From: Eledone cirrhosa
Lineage: Eukaryota
DNA length: 64,000 nt
NCBI GenBank assembly: GCA_964016885.1
Contig: OZ024742.1
Location: 165,044,001-165,108,000 of the forward strand
Direction: 5' to 3'
The notes below the pieces were generated by a model. It saw nothing but the letters and a program-made list of their open reading frames with translations. It did no database searches and was not told the DNA's origin. Shown here piece by piece: positions 1-13,200 of this stretch (the stretch's first letter is position 1; each line of letters begins with the position of its first letter). Position numbers and translations under genes: made by a program.

Positions 1-370
1 TTATCTCCCCCTGATTTTTTTTTACGAATTATCTCCCCCTGATTTTTTTTTACAAATTATCTCCGCCTGATTTTTTTTTTTAAATTATCTCCCCTTGAAC
101 GGCTGGAAATTATCTCCCCTTGGACGGCTGGAAATTATCTCCCCTTGGACGGCTAGAAATTACCTCTCCTTGGACGGCTGAAAATTATCTCCCCTTGGAC
201 GGCTGCAAATTATCTCCCCTTGATTTTTTTAACAAATTATCTCCCCCTGATTTTTTTTTACAAATTATCTCCCCCTGATTTTTTTTACAAATTATCTACG
301 CCTAATTTTTTTTACAAATTATCTTCCCCTGATTTTTTTTTACAAATTATCTCCCCCTGATTTTTTTTAC

Positions 371-619
371 AAATTATCTCCCCTTGGCTGGCTGGAAATT
401 ATCTCCCCTTGGAGGCTGGAATTTATCTCCCCTTGGACGGTTAGAAATTACCTCTCCTTGGACTGCTGGAAAATATGTCTCCTTGGACGGCTGGAAATTA
501 TCTCCCCTTGGACGGCTGGAAATTATCTCCCCTTGGACGGCTGGAAATTATCTCTCCTCGGACGACTAGAAATTACCTCTCCTTGGACAGCTGAAAATTA
601 TCTCCCCTTGGACGGCTGG
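371..619 (+). repeat. Representative long A cassette (10 A monomers, 249 bp) with a fixed order of variants
   Basis: Monomer order: ...TTGGCTGGCTGG, a 24-bp ...TTGGAGGCTGG, AATTTATC...TAG, AAATTACCTCTCC..., AAAATATGTCTCC..., then near-canonical units. The same opening order recurs at ~782, 2795, 4383, 5120, 5532, 6756, 7380 and throughout the window. Confidence 0.95.
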
Positions 620-781
620 AAATTATCTCCCCTTGATTTTTTTTACAAATTATCTCCCCCTGATTTATTTTACAAATTATCTCCCCCTGATTTTTTTTTA
701 CAAATTATCTCCCCCTGATTTTTTTTACAAATTATCTCCCCCTGATATTTTTTACAAATTATCTCCCCCTGATTTTTTTAC
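620..781 (+). repeat. Representative B run (6 monomers, 162 bp), AAATTATCTCCCC(C/T)TGA-Tn-AC
   Basis: Six consecutive 26-28-bp units, each with a T-tract (variants TTTATTTT and TATTTTTT), between two A cassettes. Confidence 0.95.
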
Positions 782-1144
782 AAATTATCTCCCCTTGGCT
801 GGCTGGAAATTATCTACCCTTGGAGGCTGGAATTTATCTCCCCTTGGACGGCTAGAAATTACCTCGCCTTGGACGGCTGGAAAATATGTCTCCTTGGACG
901 GCTGGAAATTATCTCCCCTTGGACGGCTGGAAATTATCTCCCCTTGGACGGCTGGAAATTATCTCCCCTTGGACGGCTAGATATTACCTCCCCTTGGACG
1001 GCTGGAAATTATCTCCCCTTGATTTTTTTTACAAATTATCTCCCCCTGATTTTTTTTTACAAATTATCTCCCCCTGATTTTTTTTTACGAAGTATCTCCC
1101 CCTGATTTTTTTTTACAAATTATCTCCGCCTGATTTTTTTTTAA

Positions 1145-1269
1145 AAATTATCTCCCCTTGAACGGCTGGAAATTATCTCCCCTTGGACGGCTGGAAATTA
1201 TCTCCCCTTGGACGGCTAGAAATTACCTCTCCTTGGACGGCTGAAAATTATCTCCCATTGGACGGCTGC
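1145..1269 (+). repeat. Representative five-monomer 'GAAC' A cassette (125 bp)
   Basis: Opens with TTGAACGGCTGG, contains CTAGAAATTACCTCTCC and CTGAAAA, ends in GGCTGC, and is followed by a B unit ending in AAC. Recurs at ~85, 1905, 3100, 5865, 7090, 8155, 11825 and many more positions. Confidence 0.93.
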
Positions 1270-3364
1270 AAATTATCTCCCCTTGATTTTTTAACAAATT
1301 ATCTCCCCCTGATTTTTTTTTACAAATTATCTCCCCCTGATTTTTTTTTACAAATTATCTACGCCTAATTTTTTTTACAAATTATCTCCCCCTGATTTTT
1401 TTTTACAAATTATCTCCCCCTGATTTTTTTTACAAATTATCTCCCCCTGATTTTTTTTTACAAATTATTTCCCCCTGATTTTTTTACAAATTATCTCCCC
1501 CCTGATTTTTTTTACAATCTCCGCCTGATTTTTTTAAAAATTATCTTCCCTTGGCTGGCGGGAAATTATCTCCCCTTGGAGGCTGGAATTTATCTCCCCT
1601 TGGACGGCTAGAAATTACCTCTCCTTGGACGGCTGGAAAATATGTCTCCTTGGACGGCTGGATATTATCTCCCCTTGGACGGCTGGAAATTATCTCCCCT
1701 TGATTTTTTTTACAAATTATCTCCCCCTGATTTTTTTTTACAAATTATCTCCCCCTGATTTTTTTTTACAAATTATCTCCCCCTGATATTTTTTACAAAT
1801 TATCTCCCCCTGATTTTTTTACAAATTATCTCCCCCTGATTTTTTTTACGAATTATCTCCCCCCGATTTTTTTTACAAATTATCTCCGGCTGATTTTTTT
1901 TTTAAAATTATCTCCCCTTGAACGGCTGGAAATTATCTCCCCTTGGACGGCTGGAAATTATCTCCCCTTGGACGGCTAGAAATTACCTCTCCTTGGACGG
2001 CTGAAAATTATCTCCCCTTGGACGGCTGCAAATTATCTCCCCTTGATTTTTTAACAAATTATCTCCCCCTGATTTTTTTTTACAAATTATCTCCCCCTGA
2101 TTTTTTTTTACAAATTATCTCCCCCTGATTTTTTTTTACAAATTATCTCCCCCTGATTTTTTTACAAATTATCTCCCCCTGATTTTTTTTACAATCTCCG
2201 CCTGATTTTTTAAAAAATTATCTTCCCTTGGCTGGCGGGAAATTATCTCCCCTTGGACGGCTGGAAATTATCTCCCCTTGGACGGCTGGAAATTATCTCC
2301 CCTTGGACAGCTGGAAATTATCTGCCCTTGATTTTGTTTTTACAAATTATCTCCCCCTGATTTTTTTTACAAATTATCTCCACCTGATTTTTTAAAAAAT
2401 TATCTCCCCTTGGACGGCTGGAAATTATCTCCCCTTGATTTTTTTACAAATTATCTCCCCCTGATTTTTTTTACAAATTATCTCCCCCTGATTTTATGTT
2501 ACAAATTATCTCCCCCTGATTTTTTTACAAATTATCTCCCCCTGATTTTTTTTACAAATTATCTCCGCCTGATTTTTTTAAATATTATCTTCCCTTGGCT
2601 GGCGGGAAATTATCTCCCCTTGGACGGCTGGAAATTATCTCCCCTTGATTTTTTTTACAAATTATCTCCCCCTGATTTTTTTTTACAAATTATCTCCCCC
2701 TGATTTTTTTTTACAAATTATCTCCCCCTGATTTTTTTTTACAAATTATCTCCCCCTGATTTTTTTTTACAAATCTCCCCCTGATTTTTTTATAAATTAT
2801 CTCCCCTTGGCTGGCTGGAAATTATCTCCCCTTGGAGGCTGGAATTTATCTCCCCTTGGACGGCTAGAAATTACCTCTCCTTGGATGGCTGGAAAATATG
2901 TCTCCTTGGACGGCTGGATATTATCTACCCTTGGACGGCTGGAAATTATCTCCCCTTGGACGGCTGGAAATTATCTCCCCTTGGACGGCTAGATATTACC
3001 TCCCATTGGACGGCTGGAAATTATCTCCCCTTGATTTTTTTTACTAATTATCTCCCCCTGATTTTTTTTTACAAATTATCTCCGCCTGATTTTTTTTTTA
3101 AAATTATCTCCCCTTGAACGGCTGGAAATTATCTCCCCTTGGACGGCTGGAAATTATCTCCCCTTGGACGGCTAGAAATTACCTCTCCTTGGACGGCTGA
3201 AAATTATCTCCCCTTGGACGGCTGCAAATTATCTCCCCTTGATTTTTTTAACAAATTATCTCCCCCTGATTTTTTTTTACAAATTATCTCCCCCTGATTT
3301 TTTTTTACAAATTATCTACGCCTAATTTTTTTTACAAATTATCTCCCCCTGATTTTTTTTTACA

Positions 3365-4290
3365 AATTATCTCCCCCTGATTTTTTTTACAAATTATCTC
3401 CCCCTGATTTTTTTTACAAATTATCTCCCCCTGATTTTTTTACAAATTATCTCCCCCCTGATTTTTTTTACAATCTCCGCCTGATTTTTTTAAAAATTAT
3501 CTTCCCTTGGCTGGCGGGAAATTATCTCCCCTTGGACGGCTGGAAATTATATCCCCTTGGAAGGATGGAAATTATCTCCCCTTGGACGGCTGGAAATTAT
3601 CTCCCCTTGGACGGCTGGAAATTACCTCCCCTTGGACAGCTGGAAATTATCTGCCCTTGATTTTGTTTTTACAAATTATCTCCCCCTGATTTTTTTTACA
3701 AATTATCTCCACCTGATTTTTTAAAAAATTATCTCCCCTTGGACGGCTGGAAATTATCTCCCCTTGGACGGCTGGAAATTATCTCCCCTTGATTTTTTTT
3801 ACAAATTATCTCCCCCTGATTTTTTTTTACAAATTATCTCCCCCTGATTTTTTTTACAAATTATCTCCCCCTGATTTTTTTTTACAAATTATTTCCCCCT
3901 GATTTTTTTACAAATTATCTCCCCCCTGATTTTTTTTACAATCTCCGCCTGATTTTTTTAAAAATTATCTTCCCTTGGCTGGCGGGAAATTATCTCCCCT
4001 TGGACGGCTGGAAATTATATCCCCTTGGAAGGATGGAAATTATCTCCCCTTGGACGGCTGGAAATTATCTCCCCTTGGACGGCTGGAAATTATCTCCCCT
4101 TGGACAGCTGGAAATTATCTGCCCTTGATTTTGTTTTTACAAATTATCTCCCCCTGATTTTTTTTACAAATTATCTCCACCTGATTTTTTAAAAAATTAT
4201 CTCCCCTTGGACGGCTGGAAATTATCTCCCCTTGATTTTTTTTACAAATTATCTCCCCCTGATTTTTTTTTACAAATTATCTCCCCCTGA
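3365..4290 (+). repeat. Local 468-bp duplication of the GGAAGGATGG-marked cassette (also at ~15.5-16.4, ~30.0-30.9 and ~45.3-46.2 kb)
   Basis: ORF pairs 3507/3975, 15656/16124, 30167/30635 and 45439/45907 are all 468 bp apart. End coordinates are approximate. Confidence 0.8.
3495..3730 (+). repeat. Representative 'CTTCCCTTGGCTGGCGGG' cassette
   Basis: Opens with ATCTTCCCTTGGCTGGCGGG and closes with GGACAGCTGG, CTGCCCTTGATTTTGTTTTTAC and CTCCACCTGATTTTTTAAAAAA. Recurs at ~2220, 3965, 6180, 12220, 15645, 16115, 18485 and elsewhere. Confidence 0.92.
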
Positions 4291-7200
4291 TTTTTTTTTA
4301 CAAATTATCTCCCCCTGATTTTTTTTTACAAATTATCTCACCCTGATTTTTTTTACAAATTATCTCTCCCTGATTTTTTTACAAATTATCTCCCCTTGGC
4401 TGGCTGGAAATTATCTCCCCTTGGAGGCTGGAATTTATCTCCCCTTGGACGGCTAGAAATTACCTCTCCTTGGACGGCTGGAAAATATGTCTCCTTGGAC
4501 GGCTGGATATTATCTACCCTTGGACGGCTGGAAATTATCTCCCCTTGGACGGCTGGAAATTATCTCCTCTTGGACGGCTAGATATTACCTCCCCTTGGAC
4601 GGCTGGAAATTATCTCCCCTTGATTTTTTTACAAATTATCTCCCCCTGATTTTTTTACAAATTATCTCCCCCTGATTTTTTTTACAAATTATCTCCGCCT
4701 AATTTTTTTAAATATTATCTTCCCTTGGCTGGCGGGAAATTATCTCCCCTTGGACGGCTGAAAATTATCTCCCCTTGGACGGCTGGAATTTATCTCCCCT
4801 TGGACGGCTAGAAATTACCTCTCCTTGGAAGGCTGGAAAATATGTCCTTGGACGGCTGGATATTATCTACCCTTGGACGGCTGGAAATTATCTCCCCTTG
4901 GACGGCTGGAAATTATCTCCCCTTGGACGGCTAGATATTACCTCCCCTTGGACGGCTGAAAATTATCTCCCCTTGGACGGCTGGAAATTATCTCCCCTTG
5001 ATTTTTTTTACAAATTATCTCCCCCTGATTATTTTTTACAAATTATCCCCTGATTTTTTTTTTACAAATTATCTCCCCCTGATTTTTTTTACAAATTATC
5101 TCCCCCTGATTTTTTTACAAATTATCTCCCCTTGGCTGGCTGGAAATTATCTCCCATTGGAGGCTGGAATTTATCTCCCCTTGGACGGTTAGAAATTACC
5201 TCCCCTTGGACGGCTGAAAAATATGTCTCCTTGGACGGCTGGAAATTATCGCCCCTTGGACGGCTGGAAATTATCTCCCCTTGGACGGCTGGAAATTATC
5301 TCTCATCGGACGGCTAGAAATTACCTCTCCTTGGACAGCTGAAAATTATCTCCCCTTGGACGGCTGGAAATTATCTCCCCTTGATTTTTTTTACAAATTA
5401 TCTCCCCCTGATTTTTTTTTACAAATTATCTCCCCCTGATTTTTTTTTACAAATTATCTCCCCCTGATTTTTTTTTACAAATTATCTCCCCCTGATATTT
5501 TTTACAAATTATCTCCCCCTGATTTTTTTACAAATTATCTCCCCTTGGCTGGCTGGAAATTATCTCCCCTTGGAGGCTGGAATTTATCTCCCCTTGGACG
5601 GCTAGAAATTACCTCGCCTTGGACGGCTGGAAAATATGTCTCCTTGGACGGCTGGAAATTATCTCCCCTTGGACGGCTGGAAATTATCTCCCCTTGGACA
5701 GCTGGAAATTATCTCCCCTTGGACGGCTAGATATTACCTCCCCTTGGACGGCTGGAAATTATCTCCCCTTGATTTTTTTTACAAATTATCTCCCCCTGAT
5801 TTTTTTTTACGAATTATCTCCCCCCGATTTTTTTTTACAAATTATCTCCGGCTGATTTTTTTTTAAAAATTATCTCCCCTTGAACGGCTGGAAATTATCT
5901 CCCCTTGGACGGCTGGAAATTATCTCCCCTTGGACGGCTAGAAATTACCTCTCCTTGGACGGCTGAAAATTATCTCCCCTTGGACGGCTGCAAATTATCT
6001 CCCCTTGATTTTTTAACAAATTATCTCCCCCTGATTTTTTTTTACAAATTATCTCCCCCTGATTTTTTTTTACAAATTATCTCCCCCTGATTTTTTTTTA
6101 CAAATTATCTCCCCCTGATTTTTTTACAAATTATCTCCCCCTGATTTTTTTTACAATCTCCGCCTGATTTTTTAAAAAATTATCTTCCCTTGGCTGGCGG
6201 GAAATTATCTCCCCTTGGACGGCTGGAAATCATCTCCCCTTGGACGGCTGGAAATTATCTCCCCTTGGACAGCTGGAAATTATCTGCCCTTGATTTTGTT
6301 TTTACAAATTATCTCCCCCTGATTTTTTTTACAAATTATCTCCACCTGATTTTTTAAAAAATTATCTCCCCTTGGACGGCTGGAAATTATCTCCCCTTGA
6401 TTTTTTTACAAATTATCTCCCCCTGATTTTTTTTACAAATTATCTCCCCCTGATTTTATGTTACAAATTATCTCCCCCTGATTTTTTTACAAATTATCTC
6501 CCCCTGATTTTTTTTACAAATTATCTCCGCCTGATTTTTTTAAATATTATCTTCCCTTGGCTGGCGGGAAATTATCTCCCCTTGGACGGCTGGAAATTAT
6601 CTCCCCTTGATTTTTTTTACAAATTATCTCCCCCTGATTTTTTTTTACAAATTATCTCCCCCTGATTTTTTTTTACAAATTATCTCCCCCTGATTTTTTT
6701 TTACAAATTATCTCCCCCTGATTTTTTTTTACAAATCTCCCCCTGATTTTTTTATAAATTATCTCCCCTTGGCTGGCTGGAAATTATCTCCCCTTGGAGG
6801 CTGGAATTTATCTCCCCTTGGACGGCTAGAAATTACCTCTCCTTGGATGGCTGGAAAATATGTCTCCTTGGACGGCTGGATATTATCTACCCTTGGACGG
6901 CTGGAAATTATCTCCCCTTGGACGGCTGGAAATTATCTCCCCTTGGACGGCTAGATATTACCTCCCATTGGACGGCTGGAAATTATCTCCCCTTGATTTT
7001 TTTTACAAATTATCTCCCCCTGATTTTTTTTTACGAATTATCTCCCCCTGATTTTTTTTTACAAATTATCTCCGCCTGATTTTTTTTTTAAAATTATCTC
7101 CCCTTGAACGGCTGGAAATTATCTCCCCTTGGACGGCTGGAAATTATCTCCCCTTGGACGGCTAGAAATTACCTCTCCTTGGACGGCTGAAAATTATCTC

Positions 7201-10200
7201 CCCTTGGACGGCTGCAAATTATCTCCCCTTGATTTTTTTAACAAATTATCTCCCCCTGATTTTTTTTTACAAATTATCTCCCCCTGATTTTTTTTACAAA
7301 TTATCTACGCCTAATTTTTTTTACAAATTATCTTCCCCTGATTTTTTTTTACAAATTATCTCCCCCTGATTTTTTTTACAAATTATCTCCCCTTGGCTGG
7401 CTGGAAATTATCTCCCCTTGGAGGCTGGAATTTATCTCCCCTTGGACGGTTAGAAATTACCTCTCCTTGGACTGCTGGAAAATATGTCTCCTTGGACGGC
7501 TGGAAATTATCTCCCCTTGGACGGCTGGAAATTATCTCCCCTTGGACGGCTGGAAATTATCTCTCCTCGGACGACTAGAAATTACCTCTCCTTGGACAGC
7601 TGAAAATTATCTCCCCTTGGACGGCTGGAAATTATCTCCCCTTGATTTTTTTTACAAATTATCTCCCCCTGATTTATTTTACAAATTATCTCCCCCTGAT
7701 TTTTTTTTACAAATTATCTCCCCCTGATTTTTTTTACAAATTATCTCCCCCTGATATTTTTTACAAATTATCTCCCCCTGATTTTTTTACAAATTATCTC
7801 CCCTTGGCTGGCTGGAAATTATCTACCCTTGGAGGCTGGAATTTATCTCCCCTTGGACGGCTAGAAATTACCTCGCCTTGGACGGCTGGAAAATATGTCT
7901 CCTTGGACGGCTGGAAATTATCTCCCCTTGGACGGCTGGAAATTATCTCCCCTTGGACGGCTGGAAATTATCTCCCCTTGGACGGCTAGATATTACCTCC
8001 CCTTGGACGGCTGGAAATTATCTCCCCTTGATTTTTTTTACAAATTATCTCCCCCTGATTTTTTTTTACAAATTATCTCCCCCTGATTTTTTTTTACGAA
8101 GTATCTCCCCCTGATTTTTTTTTACAAATTATCTCCGCCTGATTTTTTTTTAAAAATTATCTCCCCTTGAACGGCTGGAAATTATCTCCCCTTGGACGGC
8201 TGGAAATTATCTCCCCTTGGACGGCTAGAAATTACCTCTCCTTGGACGGCTGAAAATTATCTCCCATTGGACGGCTGCAAATTATCTCCCCTTGATTTTT
8301 TAACAAATTATCTCCCCCTGATTTTTTTTTACAAATTATCTCCCCCTGATTTTTTTTTACAAATTATCTACGCCTAATTTTTTTTACAAATTATCTCCCC
8401 CTGATTTTTTTTTACAAATTATCTCCCCCTGATTTTTTTTACAAATTATCTCCCCCTGATTTTTTTTTACAAATTATTTCCCCCTGATTTTTTTACAAAT
8501 TATCTCCCCCCTGATTTTTTTTACAATCTCCGCCTGATTTTTTTAAAAATTATCTTCCCTTGGCTGGCGGGAAATTATCTCCCCTTGGAGGCTGGAATTT
8601 ATCTCCCCTTGGACGGCTAGAAATTACCTCTCCTTGGACGGCTGGAAAATATGTCTCCTTGGACGGCTGGATATTATCTACCCTTGGACGGCTGGAAATT
8701 ATCTCCCCTTGGACGGCTGGAAATTATCTCCTCTTGGACGGCTAGATATTACCTCCCCTTGGACGGCTGGAAATTATCTCCCCTTGATTTTTTTACAAAT
8801 TATCTCCCCCTGATTTTTTTACAAATTATCTCCCCCTGATTTTTTTTACAAATTATCTCCGCCTAATTTTTTTAAATATTATCTTCCCTTGGCTGGCGGG
8901 AAATTATCTCCCCTTGGACGGCTGAAAATTATCTCCCCTTGGACGGCTGGAAATTATCTCCCCTTGATTTTTTTTACAAATTATCTCCCCCTGATTTTTT
9001 TTTACAAATTATCTCCCCCTGATTTTTTTTACAAATTATCTCCCCCTGATTTTTTTACAAATTATCTCCCCTTGGCTGGCTGGAAATTATCTCCCCTTGG
9101 AGGCTGGAATTTATCTCCCCTTGGACGGCTAGAAATTACCTCTCCTTGGAAGGCTGGAAAATATGTCCTTGGACGGCTGGATATTATCTACCCTTGGACG
9201 GCTGGAAATTATCTCCCCTTGGACGGCTGGAAATTATCTCCCCTTGGACGGCTAGATATTACCTCCCCTTGGACGGCTGAAAATTATCTCCCCTTGGACG
9301 GCTGGAAATTATCTCCCCTTGATTTTTTTTACAAATTATCTCCCCCTGATTATTTTTTACAAATTATCCCCTGATTTTTTTTTTACAAATTATCTCCCCC
9401 TGATTTTTTTTACAAATTATCTCCCCCTGATTTTTTTACAAATTATCTCCCCTTGGCTGGCTGGAAATTATCTCCCATTGGAGGCTGGAATTTATCTCCC
9501 CTTGGACGGTTAGAAATTACCTCCCCTTGGACGGCTGGAAAATATGTCTCCTTGGACGGCTGGAAATTATCGCCCCTTGGATGGCTGGAAATTATCTCCC
9601 CTTGGACGGCTGGAAATTATCTCTCATCGGACGGCTAGAAATTACCTCTCCTTGGACAGCTGAAAATTATCTCCCCTTGGACGGCTGGAAATTATCTCCC
9701 CTTGATTTTTTTTACAAATTATCTCCCCCTGATTTTTTTTTACAAATTATCTCCCCCTGATTTTTTTTTACAAATTATCTCCCCCTGATTTTTTTTTACA
9801 AATTATCTCCCCCTGATATTTTTTACAAATTATCTCCCCCTGATTTTTTTACAAATTATCTCCCCTTGGCTGGCTGGAAATTATCTCCCCTTGGAGGCTG
9901 GAATTTATCTCCCCTTGGACGGCTAGAAATTACCTCGCCTTGGACGGCTGGAAAATATGTCTCCTTGGACGGCTGGAAATTATCTCCCCTTGGACGGCTG
10001 GAAATTATCTCCCCTTGGACAGCTGGAAATTATCTCCCCTTGGACGGCTAGATATTACCTCCCCTTGGACGGCTGGAAATTATCTCCCCTTGGACGGCTG
10101 GAAATTATATCCCCTTGGACGGCTGGAAATTACCTCCCCTTGGACAGCTGGAAATTATCTGCCCTTGATTTTGTTTTTACAAATTATCTCCCCCTGATTT

Positions 10201-13200
10201 TTTTTACAAATTATCTCCACCTGATTTTTTAAAAAATTATCTCCCCTTGGACGGCTGGAAATTATCTCCCCTTGATTTTTTTTACAAATTATCTCCCCCT
10301 GATTTTTTTTTACAAATTATCTCCCCCTGATTTTTTTTTACAAATTATCTCCCCCTGATTTTTTTTTACAAATTATCTGCCCCTGATTTTTTTTACAAAT
10401 TATCTCCCCCTGATTTTTTTACAAATTATCTCCCCTTGGCTGGCTGGAAATTATCTCCCCTTGGAGGCTGGAATTTATCTCCCCTTGGACGGCTAGAAAT
10501 TACCTCTCCTTGGACGGCTGGAAAATATTTCTCCTTGGACGGCTGGATATTATCTACCCTTGGACGGGTGGAAATTATCTCCCCTTGGACGGCTGGAAAT
10601 TATCTCCCCTTGGACGGCTAGATATTACCTCCCCTTGGACGACTGGAAATTATCTCCCCTTGATTTTTTTTACAAATTATCTCCCCCTGATTTTTTTTTT
10701 ACAAATTATCTCCCCCTGATTTTTTTTTACAAATTATCTCCCCCTGATTTTTTTTTACAAATTATCTCCCCCTGATTTATTTACAAATTATCTCCCCCTG
10801 ATTTTTTTTACAAATTATCTCCGCCTGATTTTTTTAAATATTATCTTCTCTTGGCTGGCGGGAAATTATCTCCCCTTGGACGGCTGAAAATTATCTCCCC
10901 TTGGACGGCTGGAAATTATCTCCCCTTGATTTTTTTTACAAATTATCTCCCCCTGATTTTTTTTTACAAATTATCTCCCCCTGATTTTTTTTTACAAATT
11001 ATCTCCCCCTGATTTTTTTTTACAAATTATCTCCCCCTGATTTTTTTTACAAATTATCTCCCCCTGATTTTTTTACAAATTATCTCCCCTTGGCTGGCTG
11101 GAAATTATCTCCCCTTGGAGGCTGGAATTTATCTCCCCTTGGACGGCTAGAAATTACCTCTCCTTGGACGGCTGGAAAATATGTCCTTGGACGGCTGGAT
11201 ATTATCTACCCTTGGACGGCTGGAAATTATCTCTCCTCGGACGACTAGAAATTACCTCTCCTTGGACAGCTGAAAATTATCTCCCCTTGGACGGCTGGAA
11301 ATTATCTCCCCTTGATTTTTTTTACAAATTATCTCCCCCTGATTTATTTTACAAATTATCTCCCCCTGATTTTTTTTTACAAATTATCTCCCCCTGATTT
11401 TTTTTACAAATTATCTCCCCCTGATATTTTTTACAAATTATCTCCCCCTGATTTTTTTACAAATTATCTCCCCTTGGCTGGCTGGAAATTATCTACCCTT
11501 GGAGGCTGGAATTTATCTCCCCTTGGACGGCTAGAAATTACCTCGCCTTGGACGGCTGGAAAATATGTCTCCTTGGACGGCTGGAAATTATCTCCCCTTG
11601 GACGGCTGGAAATTATCTCCCCTTGGACGGCTGGAAATTATCTCCCCTTGGACGGCTAGATATTACCTCCCCTTGGACGGCTGGAAATTATCTCCCCTTG
11701 ATTTTTTTTACAAATTATCTCCCCCTGATTTTTTTTTACAAATTATCTCCCCCTGATTTTTTTTTACGAAGTATCTCCCCCTGATTTTTTTTTACAAATT
11801 ATCTCCGCCTGATTTTTTTTAAAAAATTATCTCCCCTTGAACGGCTGGAAATTATCTCCCCTTGGACGGCTGGAAATTATCTCCCCTTGGACGGCTAGAA
11901 ATTACCTCTCCTTGGACGGCTGAAAATTATCTCCCATTGGACGGCTGCAAATTATCTCCCCTTGATTTTTTAACAAATTATCTCCCCCTGATTTTTTTTT
12001 ACAAATTATCTCCCCCTGATTTTTTTTTACAAATTATCTACGCCTAATTTTTTTTACAAATTATCTCCCCCTGATTTTTTTTTACAAATTATCTCCCCCT
12101 GATTTTTTTTACAAATTATCTCCCCCTGATTTTTTTTTACAAATTATTTCCCCCTGATTTTTTTACAAATTATCTCCCCCCTGATTTTTTTTACAATCTC
12201 CGCCTGATTTTTTTAAAAATTATCTTCCCTTGGCTGGCGGGAAATTATCTCCCCTTGGACGGCTGGAAATTATATCCCCTTGGAAGGATGGAAATTATCT
12301 CCCCTTGGACGGCTGGAAATTATCTCCCCTTGGACGGCTGGAAATTATCTCCCCTTGGACAGCTGGAAATTATCTGTCCTTGATTTTGTTTTTACAAATT
12401 ATCTCCCCCTGATTTTTTTTACAAATTATCTCCACCTGATTTTTTAAAAAATTATCTCCCCTTGGACGGCTGGAAATTATCTCCCCTTGATTTTTTTTAC
12501 AAATTATCTCCCCCTGATTTTTTTTTACAAATTATCTCCCCCTGATTTTTTTTTACAAATTATCTCCCCCTGATTTTTTTTTACAAATTATCTCACCCTG
12601 ATTTTTTTTACAAATTATCTCTCCCTGATTTTTTTACAAATTATCTCCCCTTGGCTGGCTGGAAATTATCTCCCCTTGGAGGCTGGAATTTATCTCCCCT
12701 TGGACGGCTAGAAATTACCTCTCCTTGGACGGCTGGAAAATATGTCTCCTTGGACGGCTGGATATTATCTACCCTTGGACGGCTGGAAATTATCTCCCCT
12801 TGGACGGCTGGAAATTATCTCCTCTTGGACGGCTAGATATTACCTCCCCTTGGACGGCTGGAAATTATCTCCCCTTGATTTTTTTACAAATTATCTCCCC
12901 CTGATTTTTTTACAAATTATCTCCCCCTGATTTTTTTTACAAATTATCTCCGCCTAATTTTTTTAAATATTATCTTCCCTTGGCTGGCGGGAAATTATCT
13001 CCCCTTGGACGGCTGAAAATTATCTCCCCTTGGACGGCTGGAAATTATCTCCCCTTGATTTTTTTTACAAATTATCTCCCCCTGATTTTTTTTTACAAAT
13101 TATCTCCCCCTGATTTTTTTTACAAATTATCTCCCCCTGTTTTTTTTACAAATTATCTCCCCTTGGCTGGCTGGAAATTATCTCCCCTTGGAGGCTGGAA

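Larger units (their letters stand above)
1850..7030 (+). repeat. Direct repeat of ~1.2 kb at offset 3,962 bp (~1850-3060 vs ~5810-7030)
   Basis: ORF pairs 1943/5905, 2410/6372 and 2807/6769. The shared marker CTCCGGCTGA lies at ~1884 and ~5846. Confidence 0.85.

Noticed and set aside
411-478. GGAGG Shine-Dalgarno-like motif and a downstream ATG
   Set aside because: GGAGG is a 1-bp deletion variant of GGACGG and lies ~60 bp from the ATG in AATATGTC. The match is coincidental.
620-781. Intramolecular G-quadruplex (minus strand) or i-motif (plus strand)
   Set aside because: The G4-5 tracts are separated by ~21-24 nt, far longer than typical stable loops. It cannot be supported without experiment.
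620-781. Rho-independent or Pol III terminators at the T-tracts
   Set aside because: No strong GC hairpin precedes the T-runs and there is no upstream gene. The T-runs are simply part of monomer B.
1560-1574. NF-kB/Rel-like GGGAAATTATCTCCC and NFAT-like TGGAAA motifs
   Set aside because: The spacing does not fit the 10-bp GGGRNWYYCC consensus, and such short motifs have no independent support here.
2387-2400. Perfect palindrome ATTTTTTAAAAAAT (recurrent)
   Set aside because: It is a 14-bp AT-only by-product of the T/A boundary variants, too weak to call a cruciform or terminal inverted repeat.
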